Source of the DNA: an uncultured Gammaproteobacteria bacterium
GTDB taxonomy: Bacteria > Pseudomonadota > Gammaproteobacteria > Xanthomonadales > Rhodanobacteraceae
Direction of reading: 5' to 3'
Assembly: GCA_963720445.1 (NCBI GenBank)
Contig: CAVRFO010000002.1
Span: 439,545-503,544, forward strand
DNA length: 64,000 bases
In this document: one piece after another, positions 38,699-49,255 of the stretch
Layout of the letters: every line of letters begins with the position of its first letter
How positions within the stretch are numbered: position 1 is the first letter of the stretch
The notes under the pieces: generated by a model
Told to the model about the DNA's origin: nothing
The model's database searches: none
What the model saw: only the letters and a program-made list of their open reading frames with translations
Made by a program: the position numbers and the translations under genes

Positions 38699-39148
38699 TC
38701 AATTCGCGTCACCGGCCGCCGGCACATCGAAGTGGGTTTCGAGCCGCGTTCCGTCGCTGAGCAGGAACATCACCTCGACCTTCTCGCCGGCCACGATGTC
38801 ATGTCGCGGCTGCATCAGCATCAGATGCTTGCCGCCAGGCTCCAGCGCCACCGTCGCGCCGGGTGCGATCACCAGGCGATGGATCTCGCGCATCTTCGCC
38901 ACGCCCTTGTCGACGATGGTTTCGTGCAGCGACGCCATCCGGAACGCGTCGCTCTGCACGGTCAAAACGGTGACCGGCATGTCACCGCTGTTCGACAACG
39001 TGGCATAGCCGGCCATCATGCTGGCGCCTGGCGGCGCGAGCCGGATCCACGCGTCCGTGACGCCGAGTTTGCCGGCCGCGTGCGCGCTGCCGACAACGGC
39101 CAGCACGCCAACCCCGATCGATACGAACCAACGTTGCAAGCGATTCAT
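38699..39148 (-). CDS. Periplasmic copper chaperone PCu(A)C
   Basis: Signal peptide, DAWIR, AGY..L.N, LHET....GVAKM, LEPGGKHLMLM. Confidence 0.88.
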   Translation of the reverse strand: MNRLQRWFVSIGVGVLAVVGSAHAAGKLGVTDAWIRLAPPGASMMAGYATLSNSGDMPVTVLTVQSDAFRMASLHETIVDKGVAKMREIHRLVIAPGATVALEPGGKHLMLMQPRHDIVAGEKVEVMFLLSDGTRLETHFDVPAAGDAN

Positions 39149-39209
39149 GGCGGTCTCCGTGTTGCTGGTTATGATAGCCGCATCGCCCGCCCCTGAATGG
39201 ACTGCGACC

Positions 39210-40632
39210 ATGCGCCTCAACCGAATGATTCTCGCCAGCGCCACGCTCATGGCTGTCACCGCGTACGCCGCCGACCCGGCCCTCACGATTTACCGCAGCG
39301 ACAGCGATGCGTTGTTCGAAGGCGGCAGCGCGCCGGTCGCCGACGGCCATGCGGTCGTGCACGAGCAGCGCACGCTGCAACTGGCCGCCGGCAAGCAGAC
39401 CGTGGTCATCGACGGGCTGCCGGCGATGCTCGACACCGAAGCGGTCGCGATCGATCTCGGCGCTGCGGGTCGCGTGCTGGCACAGCGCATGGTCTCGGCC
39501 GGCGATGCGGGCGTCCTGGCGGCGCATCGCGGCGAGCGCGTGCAGGTGTTCGGCGCGAACGACAAGCCGATCGTGGACGGCGTGCTGGTGGCGCTCGACG
39601 GCGGCAATCTCGGTGTGCGCGGCAGCGATGGCCGCATCAGCTACGTGCGCGACTTCGTGCGCGTGCAGTTCCCCGAAGGCTCGGGTCTGCCCGGCAGCAC
39701 GCTGCAACTGGTGCTCGACGGCAAGGCGGGTGCGGCGCCGGCGACCTTGACCTACCCGACCGCCGGCCTCGGCTGGCGCGCCGCGTATTCTGCGTTGCTG
39801 AACGATGCAAGGCGCCTGCACGATCCAGCTCGATGCATTGGCCAGCATCGCCAACCGCAGTGGCCGCGACTTCCCCGCGGCGATGTTGAAACTGATCGCG
39901 GGCGCGCCGAACTTCGCCAAATCCGGCGGCGGCCCGCGACCGATGATGAAGACGATGGCTGCGCCCGCGCAGGACTACACGCCGGAGCAATCCTCGCTCG
40001 GCGACTACCGCAGCTACACGATCGACGGCCATCTCGACCTGCCCGATTCGAGCGTGACCCAGGTGCCGTTGTATGCGAGTCGCCAATTGCCGTGCGAACG
40101 GCGCTGGCTGTTCGAGAACGGCGGCGCGTGGTTTCCGGCCAAGCCGATGCTGGCGCCCGAAGGCGGACAGAACGGCAGCGGCCCGATCCAGAGCCAGCTC
40201 GCGTTCACCGCCGCGGAAAACCTGCCCAGCGGCAACCTGCGCGTGCTGACCCGCGACAAGGACGGCCGCAGCGAACTGCTCGGCGAGAACCGCATTGGCG
40301 ACACCGCCAAGGGCCGCAATGTCGATGTGAATCTCGGCGTCGCATTCGACCTTGCGGCGACCCGTGAACGCACGTCGTTCACTATCGACAGGGCCGCGCG
40401 TCAGATGGACGAAGGCTTCCGCATCACGCTGACCAATTCCGGCGAAGCCGCACGCACGATCACGGTACGTGAACACCCGAATCGCTGGCGCGCGTGGACG
40501 TTGGCGTCATCGAGCCAGAAGCCCGGCAAGCTGACGCCGGACGTGCTCGAATTCCAGGTCGCGGTGCCGGCGAACGGCAAGGCGACACTGGATTACGTCG
40601 TGCGCTATGCGTGGGCTGTGACGGATGAGTAG
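39210..40632 (+). CDS. DUF4139-like exported protein (frameshift near 39810)
   Basis: Signal peptide, LTIY, LTYPT.GLGWRAAY, ASIANRSG, LGDY..Y, LLGE..I.DT.KG, VREHP.RW. Confidence 0.7.
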
Positions 40633-40811
40633 GCGGAGCCGGGCAGCCGGGAAAGCCTGATCCCCGTTATCCCGGCCCTTCGAGAGGCCAGGATAGACCG
40701 GCCTGCGGCCGAGCCGGGACCCGGCGTCTGCGTTGCCGGGAAAGGCACCGGGCCGCAGCGTTGCCGGGGCGATGAGAAAAAATATCTTCCACGACTGACT
40801 TGGCCACTCCC

Positions 40812-41564
40812 ATGCTCGACATCATCCAGCACGACGCCATCCACGAACTGCACCTTTCGCGACCACCGGTCAACGCGCTCGATCCGACCCTGGTACGCGC
40901 GCTGCGCGTAGCGGTCGAATCCGCGCCCGGTCAGGGCGCGCAGGCGTTGATGCTCTCCGGTGCGCCGGGCATGTTCTCTGCCGGCCTCGATGTACCCGCT
41001 CTTCTGCAACTCGATCGCGACGCGTTCCGCGTGTTCTGGGTCGACTTCTTCGGCCTGTGCGCCGCGCTCGCACGCTCGCCGATTCCGATCGCCGCAGCGA
41101 TCACCGGACACAGCCCGGCCGGCGGCGCCGTGCTCGCGATCCTGTGCGATTACCGGGTGATGGCGCGCGGTGAGTTCAGGATCGGACTCAACGAAGTCCA
41201 GGTCGGGTTATCCGTACCCGAATGCATCCAGGCCGCACTGCGCCGGCTGATCGGCATCTACCGCGCGGAACGCCTGCTGGTCGCCGGCGCGATGCTCGAC
41301 GCTGAGCAGGCGCAAGCGGTCGGTTTCGTCGATGAACTGGTCGCCATCGATTTCGTCGTGCCACGCACACTGGCATGGCTCGGGGAGCTGCTGAAATTCC
41401 CGCCGCAGGCGATGCGCGAGACGCGTCGCCTCGCGCGCGCCGACCTCGCCGCGGTGTTCGCCGATCCGGACGCGTTGCCGGTCGAACAATTCCTCGACGG
41501 ATGGTTTGCGCCGGAAGCGCAATCGGTATTGCGCGCGCTGGTCGCGCGGCTCAAGTCGAAATAG
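40812..41564 (+). CDS. Enoyl-CoA hydratase/isomerase
   Basis: RPPVNAL, FSAGLD, AAITGHSPAGG, IGLNE..VGL. Confidence 0.9.
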   Translation: MLDIIQHDAIHELHLSRPPVNALDPTLVRALRVAVESAPGQGAQALMLSGAPGMFSAGLDVPALLQLDRDAFRVFWVDFFGLCAALARSPIPIAAAITGHSPAGGAVLAILCDYRVMARGEFRIGLNEVQVGLSVPECIQAALRRLIGIYRAERLLVAGAMLDAEQAQAVGFVDELVAIDFVVPRTLAWLGELLKFPPQAMRETRRLARADLAAVFADPDALPVEQFLDGWFAPEAQSVLRALVARLKSK

Positions 41565-41630
41565 ACGCAACACTTGTGGTGCCACCCTGCGGGCGATAAT
41601 CCTGTGCGATTGCCGCAAGGTTTGCATTTG

Positions 41631-41693
41631 GTGGGAGCGCCGGAAGGCGCGATGCTCTTGCGTGAAAAGCATCGCGCCTGCCGGCGCTCCCAC
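41631..41693. repeat. REP doublet between convergent genes
   Basis: gtgggagcgccggaaggcgcgatgc ... gcatcgcgcctgccggcgctcccac. Confidence 0.85.
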
Positions 41694-41703
41694 GAAGAAA
41701 AGA

Positions 41704-42558
41704 CTACGCGGCACCGGTCGCGACGGGGCGGGTTCGGTCGCTGACCCAGCCGCTCCACGATGGCGCGAACACGCGCGAGCCGTGGAGTCCGGCGTGTTCC
41801 ATCGCGAGCAGGTTGTGGCAGGCGGTCACGCCTGAACCACACATGTGCACAATGTCGCCCGCGTTGCGACCAGCCAGCAGCGCATCGAATTCCCGGCGCA
41901 ACTGCTCCGGCGTCTTGAAGTGGCCACTTGCATCGAGGTTTTCCGGGAACGGGCGGTTCAGCGCGCCGGGCACGTGACCGGCAACCGGATCGATCGGTTC
42001 CACATCACCGCGATAGCGCGGCGCACCGCGCGCGTCGACCAACAACGCTGACCTCTGCGCGCGCAGCCGTTCGAGTTCCTCGAACCAGACCGCTCCCGCG
42101 TGATCGAAGACAATGCGGGCATCGCTGCGTTCGTGTTGCACGGGGCCGGACTCAAGCGCAAACCCGGCTTGCGTCCACGCCGCCAGGCCGCCGTCGAGCA
42201 CGCCGACGCGATCGTGTCCGGCGAGGCGCAACAGCCACCACAAGCGCGCCGCGGCCAGTGCCCCGTTTGCAGTGTCATACGCGATCACGGTGATTCCGGG
42301 GCGCCAGCCCCAGCGCGACAGCACGGCCGAAAACGCGTCGTCCTCCGGCAGCGGATGACGCCCGAGTCCACGTTTGGACAGGTCCGAGAGGTCGCGATCG
42401 AGGCTTGCGTAGACCGCACCGGGAATGTGCGCATCGAGATACTCGCGCTCGCTCTTGCCGGGATCGGCAAGCTCGAAACGGCAGTCGACGACGAGCACGT
42501 TGCCGCTCTCGCACAGCGCAGCCAGTTCGTTCGCGGAAACCAGAGTAAGCACCGTCAT
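41704..42558 (-). CDS. Tandem rhodanese sulfurtransferase (SseA-like)
   Basis: HIPGA, GRHPLP, LDGG, GHVPGA, CGSGVTAC, SWSGW. Confidence 0.9.
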   Translation of the reverse strand: MTVLTLVSANELAALCESGNVLVVDCRFELADPGKSEREYLDAHIPGAVYASLDRDLSDLSKRGLGRHPLPEDDAFSAVLSRWGWRPGITVIAYDTANGALAAARLWWLLRLAGHDRVGVLDGGLAAWTQAGFALESGPVQHERSDARIVFDHAGAVWFEELERLRAQRSALLVDARGAPRYRGDVEPIDPVAGHVPGALNRPFPENLDASGHFKTPEQLRREFDALLAGRNAGDIVHMCGSGVTACHNLLAMEHAGLHGSRVFAPSWSGWVSDRTRPVATGAA

Positions 42559-43184
42559 GACAGATTCTCCAGCCGATCAAGCAGGTTCTTGAGGATCGCG
42601 GCAGTCGCGCCCCAGATGCGCCGACCTTCCCACTCGAACGCGAAAATGTCGCGTTCATGGCCGCGCCAGAGGATGCGCTCGCGCCGCAAGCTTCGCGGTT
42701 CGAGGATGAAGGGCAATGGAACTTCAAACACCTCATCGACCTCGGTCGACTGCAGCCGCACCGAATAGTGTCCGCCGACGAATCCGACCACCGGCGTCAC
42801 GCAATAACCGGACACGGTATCGAGGCAGTCCAGATAACCGAACGGCTCCACCAGCGCGGGGGCGATGCCGGTTTCCTCCTGCGTCTCGCGCAACGCCGCG
42901 GCGATGGCATCGGTGTCGACGTCCTCGACGCCACCGCCGGGGAAACTGATCTGGCCGGCATGTTGGCGCAAATGTTCGTTGCGGCGCGTGAACAGGATCG
43001 AGAGCGCATCGCCGCGGCGCACCAGCGGCACCAGTACGGCGGCCGCGCGGCGTGATGCGAAGGGATCGACCGCGTCGGCGAGTTCGCCCGCGTTCCAAGC
43101 GGGCGCGGACGGTGGATCATCAAGACCGCGCACGGCGCGGCGCAGGCGTGTTGCATCGAGTGAATCGGGTGGCTTCAGGCTCAC
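42555..43184 (-). CDS. CoA pyrophosphatase (NudL-like Nudix)
   Basis: AAVLVPL, HAGQISFPGG, AALRETQEETG, IWGATA; GTG start overlaps the upstream stop. Confidence 0.88.
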   Translation of the reverse strand: MSLKPPDSLDATRLRRAVRGLDDPPSAPAWNAGELADAVDPFASRRAAAVLVPLVRRGDALSILFTRRNEHLRQHAGQISFPGGGVEDVDTDAIAAALRETQEETGIAPALVEPFGYLDCLDTVSGYCVTPVVGFVGGHYSVRLQSTEVDEVFEVPLPFILEPRSLRRERILWRGHERDIFAFEWEGRRIWGATAAILKNLLDRLENLS

Positions 43185-43369
43185 GTATGCCGGCTTTCGC
43201 GCTGCGGCAGTACGTCGTCGACAAGGCGCTGGCGTTCGCTGTCGCTCATCGAAATCCAGTGCGCGATTTCGTCGCCGGTGCGCAGGCAGCCCTTGCAGAA
43301 GCCTTCGCGATCGAGCTCGCAGATGCCAATGCAGGGACTGAGGATCGGAAGCGGGGTTGAGCGTGTCAT
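43181..43369 (-). CDS. DUF1289-family small Cys-rich protein
   Basis: SPCIGIC...GFCKGCLRT.DEI..W..MSD.ER. Confidence 0.85.
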   Translation of the reverse strand: MTRSTPLPILSPCIGICELDREGFCKGCLRTGDEIAHWISMSDSERQRLVDDVLPQRESRHT

Positions 43370-43475
43370 CACTGCCTTCAAATGCAAACGCCGCGTTTGA
43401 GCGCGGCGTTTGAAGTGTTTCCATACCCGTGTCATCACACATCCGTGCGCTGCACGGGATGATCGCGTCCTGCGA

Positions 43476-44126
43476 TCACTTCACGTCGATGATCTTGACT
43501 TCCCAGATGAAGACCTGGTTGCCCGACGCCTGTTCCGGCGGCAGATAGATCATCCAGTGATCGCCGCTCTTCATCTTCTGGATGACGTCCGGCAGCAGCT
43601 TGGTGCCGAAGATGCCCGGCATGTCGGAAACCTTCGCCTTGATCGGCTCACCGACGAACGAGCTGCGGATCTCGCGGCCATTGGTCAGCGAGACGCGAAC
43701 GTGGAAGGTGACTTCGCTGGTCGGCGCGATCGCGCGACCGCTGCCGTCTTCGATGACGCGGTACTGCACGCCGTCCGGCAACGCGACGACGCCCTTCTTC
43801 GCGCGATTGCTCGCCATGAAGGTGTCGCCCTCACGCTTGTTGTCGCCCAGCGCCTTGTCGGCCTCGGACTTCATCTTCGCATCGAGCTTGGCCAGCGCAT
43901 CCTTCATCGCGGCCTCCGGCACGGCCGGCGGCTTCTTCGCGAACGCGTCCTGCACGGCGCGCGTCAATGTCGTGACATCGACGTCCATTTTGCGTTCGAC
44001 AAGACCGGAACCGATCTGATAGCCGATCGCGTAGGAAATCTTGCCCTTTTCCGAGGTGGTGTCCTGCGCGAACGCCGTACTCGCTACCAACAGCGCCGCA
44101 AGGGCGAATGACCAACCAAACTTCAT
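43476..44126 (-). CDS. FKBP-type PPIase-like periplasmic protein (FkpA/Mip N-domain; divergent catalytic domain)
   Basis: Signal peptide, KISYAIG, N...G..F...N....GV..LPDGVQYRVI..G.G. Confidence 0.78.
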   Translation of the reverse strand: MKFGWSFALAALLVASTAFAQDTTSEKGKISYAIGYQIGSGLVERKMDVDVTTLTRAVQDAFAKKPPAVPEAAMKDALAKLDAKMKSEADKALGDNKREGDTFMASNRAKKGVVALPDGVQYRVIEDGSGRAIAPTSEVTFHVRVSLTNGREIRSSFVGEPIKAKVSDMPGIFGTKLLPDVIQKMKSGDHWMIYLPPEQASGNQVFIWEVKIIDVK

Positions 44127-44294
44127 GCCTGTGTCTCCGGGGTGGAATTGCGAGGAGTGTCGCGAGCGCCGACCGATGCCGCTCGCGAAGCGCGATAGTG
44201 TAACCGAGCACTTGCGTGGGCCAAAGCCGGGGCTTTGGGAACGGTTCAGGGACGCAACGCTCACTGATGCCTGCGACATTTGAGCCTGGAACCC

Positions 44295-44380
44295 GCAGGA
44301 GCGCCGGAAGGCGTGATGCCCTGCGGCCCGGACAGCATCGCGGCTAAGCCTGTTCCGGGCCTGTCGAAGGGCCGCTCCTG
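44295..44380. repeat. REP doublet with a nested CCTGTCGAAG element
   Basis: gcatcgcggctaagcc-tgttccgggcctgtcgaagg-gccgctcct; same composite at 57485-57530. Confidence 0.7.
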
Positions 44381-44393
44381 GCGGATTTTCGGA

Positions 44394-45302
44394 TCAAAGG
44401 TGGCCGTTGCCGTACTTCTTTTCACCCGCCTTGACTGCCAGGTCGAGGCGATTTTCCGGCGGCGCGAGCGGACAGGTCGCATACGGCGTGAACGCGCACG
44501 GCGGGTTGTAGGCCTTGTTGAAGTCGAGCACGATCTTGCCGTCCTTGGGCATTTCCGCATAGAGGAAACGCGCCGCTCCGTAGGTTTCCTTGCCGCTGGT
44601 GCGGTCGGCGAAGATCAGGAACAGTTCCTTGTCGCCCGGGACTTCGATCACCGGCTGCAGTTCGTAGGTCTTGCCGTCGCGCGTGAACACCGCCTTGCCG
44701 GGCACCGGAAACTTGTCGGTCTGGCCAAGCACGTTTGGCGTTTCCAGCGTGTGCGGCGGATCGAACGCAACCCACTTCGCCTCGATGCGCCACGCCGGAT
44801 CGGTCGGGAAATTGTCGATGTGGGTGAAGTGCTTGCGCGCGTCGGCTTCGCTGTCCTTCACGCGCAGACCTTTCTTGCCGTTGCGGTCGATCAGATAGAA
44901 GCTCGCGGTGCCGAACGCGACCGTACTCGGCTTGTCGTGCGAATCGTCGAGCAGCGTGGCTGTGCGCTCCGGCTTGCCGTCGATCGTCGCACCGGCTTTG
45001 GCATCGAGCTCGATCGTCGCAGCGCCGTCTTTCAGGGTGACCGCGCCCAGGTGCGCTGGGCCTTTCGCGAGCACGACGTCATTGTCCTTCGCGCTGCCGA
45101 TCGTGTTCTTGCCGTCCTTCAGCCAATGCAGGCCGATCAGGCTGAGCCAGCCATTCGGCGCCTTCAGGCGTTCGACGCGCTGCGCGCGCCACGCATCGAT
45201 CTGCTTGCTGTACTCGGATGAAGGTTGGCTGGTGTCGACATGGGCTGACATGAGTTGGACTCCAGCGACGCTGGCGGCGAGAAGAGCGATGACTTTCAGC
45301 AT
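44394..45302 (-). CDS. DUF1684-family exported protein
   Basis: GWLSLIGLHWL, F.D.TSG.ETYGA.RFL, LDFNKAYNPPCAFTPYATCPL.PPEN.L...V.AGEK. Confidence 0.85.
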   Translation of the reverse strand: MLKVIALLAASVAGVQLMSAHVDTSQPSSEYSKQIDAWRAQRVERLKAPNGWLSLIGLHWLKDGKNTIGSAKDNDVVLAKGPAHLGAVTLKDGAATIELDAKAGATIDGKPERTATLLDDSHDKPSTVAFGTASFYLIDRNGKKGLRVKDSEADARKHFTHIDNFPTDPAWRIEAKWVAFDPPHTLETPNVLGQTDKFPVPGKAVFTRDGKTYELQPVIEVPGDKELFLIFADRTSGKETYGAARFLYAEMPKDGKIVLDFNKAYNPPCAFTPYATCPLAPPENRLDLAVKAGEKKYGNGHL

Positions 45303-45352
45303 GGAGGATTTCCTGTTGGATCGGGTTGTTCGAAATGGGTAGGACGACGTAT

Positions 45353-47173
45353 TCAGCGGCCGCGCAGAAACAATCGATCCAGCTCCGGAATCGCGAGCTG
45401 GACCCAGGTCGGCCGGCCATGATTGCATTGGCCGGAGCGTTCCGTCGCTTCCATCTCGCGCAGCAAAGCGTTCATTTCCGGCAAACTCAAGCGCCGGTTC
45501 GCACGCACCGAGCCATGGCAGGCCATCGTGCCGAGGAGTTCGTTGGTGCTTTCCTCGACACGGCGCGACTGCCCGTGCACGCTGAGATCGGCGATCACAT
45601 CGCGCACCAGTTGGGCTACGTCGGCGCCATCGAGCAGGACCGGGATGCGCCGCACCGCGACGCTCTGCGGGCCGCTGCGCGCGACATCGAAACCGAGTTC
45701 GGCGAAGCGTTCGCTTTGTTCCTCGACCACCGCCGCCTCGCGCTCGCTGAGAGCCAGCGACATCGGCACCAGCAGCATCTGTGAGCGAATCCCCTCGCCG
45801 TCCTGCGCGAGTTTCAATTTTTCGTAAGTAATGCGCTCGTGCGCCGCATGCATGTCCACGAGCACCAGCCCGTTCGCATTTTCGGCGAGCACGTAGATGC
45901 CGTGCAATTGCGCGAGCGCGAAGCCGAGTGGCGGGATCTCGCCGGACTGATTGGACGCAGCGCTATCGAATGGTCCGACTCCCGTGCTAGCCGGGAACGC
46001 AGTCAGCGGCCGCGCCGGCGCTGAGCCGAGCAATGCGGCATACGCATCGAACGGCTCGCGCACGCCAAGCCCAAGGCCATCCTGGCGGTGATACACGGCC
46101 TGCGCAGGCGCCGTGGCGAACGGCGTCGCCGGTCCCGTCGCATCCATCGATACTGCCAGCGGTTGCGCGCCCGCACGTGCGCCGCCGAGCGCGGCATCGA
46201 GCGTGCGGTACAGGAAATCGTGGACCAGCCGGCCCTCGCGGAACCGCACCTCGTGCTTGGCCGGATGCACGTTGACATCGACCAGCGCCGGATCGACGTC
46301 CAGAAACAGTACGAACGCCGAGTGGCGCCCGTGATACAGGACATCCGCGTACGCCTGGCGCACCGCGTGCGCGACCAGACGATCGCGGACCAGACGGCCG
46401 TTGACATGGAAATACTGCTGGTCGGCCTGCGCGCGCGATGCAGTCGGCAGGCCGACCCAGCCGTGCAACGACATGCCCGCCGCCGCATGCTCGACGCGCA
46501 GGCTGTGTCCCAGGAATTCCTCGCCGACGACATCGGCGACGCGACGTGCGCGGTCACCTCCTTCGACCGCCGCTTTCAGCAGGCGCACGACCTTGCCGTT
46601 GTGGCTGAGCCGGAATTCGGCGTGGGTGCGCGCGAGCGCGATCGACTTCACCAGCTCATCGATATGCCCGAACTCGGTGCGTTCGGCACGCAGGAACTTG
46701 CGTCGCGCCGGCAGGTTGTAGAACAGGTCGCGCACCTCGACATTGGTGCCGACCGAATGCTGTGCGGGGGTCGGCGCACGCGCCTTGCCGCCGTCGACCT
46801 CGATGCGCCACGCCGCGGTTTCGCCGGGAACGCGCGAAGTCATCGCGAACCGCGACACCGATGCGATCGAAGGCAGCGCCTCGCCACGGAAACCGAGCGT
46901 GCCGACGCGCTCCAGATCATCGAAGGTCGCGATCTTGCTGGTCGCATGCGAGGAAATCGCCAACGCGAGGTCATCGACGACAATGCCGTCGCCGTCGTCG
47001 CGCACGCGGATCAGGCGCGCGCCGCCCTGTTCGATATCGATCTCGATGCGCCGCGCACCAGCGTCCAGGCTGTTCTCGACCAGTTCCTTGACCACCGATG
47101 CCGGGCGTTCGATGACCTCGCCGGCGGCGATCTGGTTGACGAGTTCGGGCGGCAGCGAGTGGATGCGCAACAT
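45353..47173 (-). CDS. mutL: DNA mismatch repair protein MutL
   Basis: [40 protein letters not shown] (endonuclease-type MutL). Confidence 0.97.
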   Translation of the reverse strand: MLRIHSLPPELVNQIAAGEVIERPASVVKELVENSLDAGARRIEIDIEQGGARLIRVRDDGDGIVVDDLALAISSHATSKIATFDDLERVGTLGFRGEALPSIASVSRFAMTSRVPGETAAWRIEVDGGKARAPTPAQHSVGTNVEVRDLFYNLPARRKFLRAERTEFGHIDELVKSIALARTHAEFRLSHNGKVVRLLKAAVEGGDRARRVADVVGEEFLGHSLRVEHAAAGMSLHGWVGLPTASRAQADQQYFHVNGRLVRDRLVAHAVRQAYADVLYHGRHSAFVLFLDVDPALVDVNVHPAKHEVRFREGRLVHDFLYRTLDAALGGARAGAQPLAVSMDATGPATPFATAPAQAVYHRQDGLGLGVREPFDAYAALLGSAPARPLTAFPASTGVGPFDSAASNQSGEIPPLGFALAQLHGIYVLAENANGLVLVDMHAAHERITYEKLKLAQDGEGIRSQMLLVPMSLALSEREAAVVEEQSERFAELGFDVARSGPQSVAVRRIPVLLDGADVAQLVRDVIADLSVHGQSRRVEESTNELLGTMACHGSVRANRRLSLPEMNALLREMEATERSGQCNHGRPTWVQLAIPELDRLFLRGR

Positions 47174-47323
47174 GAAGGAACCGCGAGACGGGCTCCCATC
47201 ATAGCCGAGGGTTCAGGGCTGGAAAGGTCGCGCCGTCCGATATTTGCCCAGCGCCGTAGAATGCCGCGACTCCGGGTTGCCCTTCGCTGCGCAGTGGGGA
47301 AGCAAAAACGACTGTCGAACCCT

Positions 47324-48652
47324 TCAGCCCGACGGAATCTGCAGCACTTCGCCGGTGCGCACGCGCTCGTCGGCGAGTTCGTTCGCGGCACGCAGTTGCG
47401 CGGTGGTCATGCCGTGGCGTTCGGCAATCGCGCTCAGGGTTTCGCCGCGACCGACCACGTAGCGCGAGGTCTGGCTGCGCGCGCGCGCGTTGCTCGCCGC
47501 GAACAGGCTGCCCGGCGGTGGCGAGGCGCGGAAATAATCGTTGACGCCGTCGAGAATCGCGGAAGCGAGCTTCTCGCGATGCACCGGGCTCTTCAGGCGC
47601 GCTTCCTCGGCGGGATTGGTGATGAACGCGGTCTCGACCAGGATCGATGGCACATCCGGCGAGCGCAGCACGACGAAGTTCGCGCGCTCGACGTAGTTGC
47701 GGTGCGTCGGGCCGATCTTGCGCAATGCGCCGAGCACTTCCTGGGCGACCGAATTGCTCGCGCCCATCGTCGCGCCCTGCGACAGATCGAGCAGGACCTT
47801 GGCCAGCGTGTCGTCCTTGTCGTCGAGCGAAATACCGCCGACCAGATCCGCGCGGTTTTCACGGTCGGCGAGCCAGCGCGATGCCTCGTTGGTCGCGCCA
47901 CGCGGCGACAGCACCCAAACCGACGAGCCGCGCGCGTCGCTGCTGGTGAACGCATCGGCATGGATCGAGATGAACAGGTCGGCTTTCGCCTGGCGCGCCT
48001 TGCTGTAGCGCTTTTCCAGCGGGATGAAATAGTCGCTGTCACGCGTCAGCATGGCAGTCATGCCGGGCGTGCGATCGACGAGCTTCTTGAGCTCACGCGC
48101 GACTGCGAGCGTGATGTCCTTTTCGTGCGTGCCGCTGGCGCCGGTCGCGCCCGGATCGTCGCCACCGTGGCCCGCATCGATGGCCACGACGACATTGCGA
48201 CCCTTGCCACTCAGGGTGGCCGCGACGCTCTTCACCGGGGTCGGTTTCGCCGTCGCCGGATACAGATCGAGCACCAGGCGGTAGCCGAACTTGTCCGCTG
48301 GCGGCAACAGGAAGCTCTTCGGATGCACCCCGTCAGCGAGGTCGAACACGATGCGCGCGTCATTCTGACCCTGTTTGCCTGCGCGCAGGCTCTTCAGGAC
48401 GCCTTTTGCCGCCGGTGCGCTGAACTCGCTGCCGAGCGTGCTGCCGCGCACGTCGAGCACGACACGATTGGGTTTGGCGAGTTCGAATAACTTGTAGTCG
48501 ACCGGTCCGGAGACATCGAACACGGCGCGCGTGTATTCCGGTCCAGCCCAGATTCGCAGGGATTTGATTTCGGCCGCATGGGCGGCGCCGGCGCCGAACA
48601 GCAGTGCGGCGGCACAGGTGGCGAGCCAAGCTTGGTTGCGAATTCCCCACAT
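47324..48652 (-). CDS. N-acetylmuramoyl-L-alanine amidase (AMIN, amidase_3, LysM)
   Basis: IDAGHGG.DPGA, EKDITL, SIHAD, PSILVETAFITN, C-terminal LysM GETLS.IA. Confidence 0.92.
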   Translation of the reverse strand: MWGIRNQAWLATCAAALLFGAGAAHAAEIKSLRIWAGPEYTRAVFDVSGPVDYKLFELAKPNRVVLDVRGSTLGSEFSAPAAKGVLKSLRAGKQGQNDARIVFDLADGVHPKSFLLPPADKFGYRLVLDLYPATAKPTPVKSVAATLSGKGRNVVVAIDAGHGGDDPGATGASGTHEKDITLAVARELKKLVDRTPGMTAMLTRDSDYFIPLEKRYSKARQAKADLFISIHADAFTSSDARGSSVWVLSPRGATNEASRWLADRENRADLVGGISLDDKDDTLAKVLLDLSQGATMGASNSVAQEVLGALRKIGPTHRNYVERANFVVLRSPDVPSILVETAFITNPAEEARLKSPVHREKLASAILDGVNDYFRASPPPGSLFAASNARARSQTSRYVVGRGETLSAIAERHGMTTAQLRAANELADERVRTGEVLQIPSG

Positions 48653-48763
48653 GACGCGCATTAACTCGAATTCATTCGAAAAAAGCAAGTTTTTTCCTTG
48701 GAAATCCGTAGCGTGGGGTAACTTCTTGAATATGTATTCAGGAAAGCGGCCCAACCCGAGGAA

Positions 48764-49255
48764 TCACAACACCTCAATCTGAACCACGTGGTGCCGCCAT
48801 TCATGGAGCACTGCCCGGCCGCGGTCGCCGGATGCGCTCGCGTGCAGGCTTCGCACCGAACCGGCGTGCTCCAGCGTGATGACCACATCCGGCTGGGGGA
48901 GCGCACCGGCGCCACGCTCCGGCCACTCGATCAGCAACAGCGCGTGCGGGCCGCACAGATCCGGCAGGCCGAGCCATTCCAGTTCGCCCGCATCGGCGAT
49001 CCGATAGAGATCGAGGTGATGCACATCGAGGCCGGCGACCCGGTACGACTCGATCAGGCTGTAGGTCGGACTCTTGACCCGCTCCCCAACCCCGAGCGCG
49101 CCGAGCAGCGCCCGCGCGAACGTGGTCTTGCCCGCGCCGAGTTCGCCGACCAGATGGATCACCCCGCCGCCGCGCACAGCCGGTGCGAGATGAGCCGCGA
49201 GCGCGACCAGGTGCGCCTCGTCAATATTGCGCTGGATCAACGCTTCGCCGTTCAT
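48764..49255 (-). CDS. tsaE: tRNA threonylcarbamoyladenosine ATPase TsaE
   Basis: GELGAGKTT, VKSPTYSL, HLDLYR, IEWPE. Confidence 0.95.
   Translation of the reverse strand: MNGEALIQRNIDEAHLVALAAHLAPAVRGGGVIHLVGELGAGKTTFARALLGALGVGERVKSPTYSLIESYRVAGLDVHHLDLYRIADAGELEWLGLPDLCGPHALLLIEWPERGAGALPQPDVVITLEHAGSVRSLHASASGDRGRAVLHEWRHHVVQIEVL

Noticed and set aside
40690-40770. SAH riboswitch on the minus strand
   Set aside because: Only partial resemblance (CGCUGC...CAGGC). The GAGGAGCG and pseudoknot elements are missing and the gene context does not fit.
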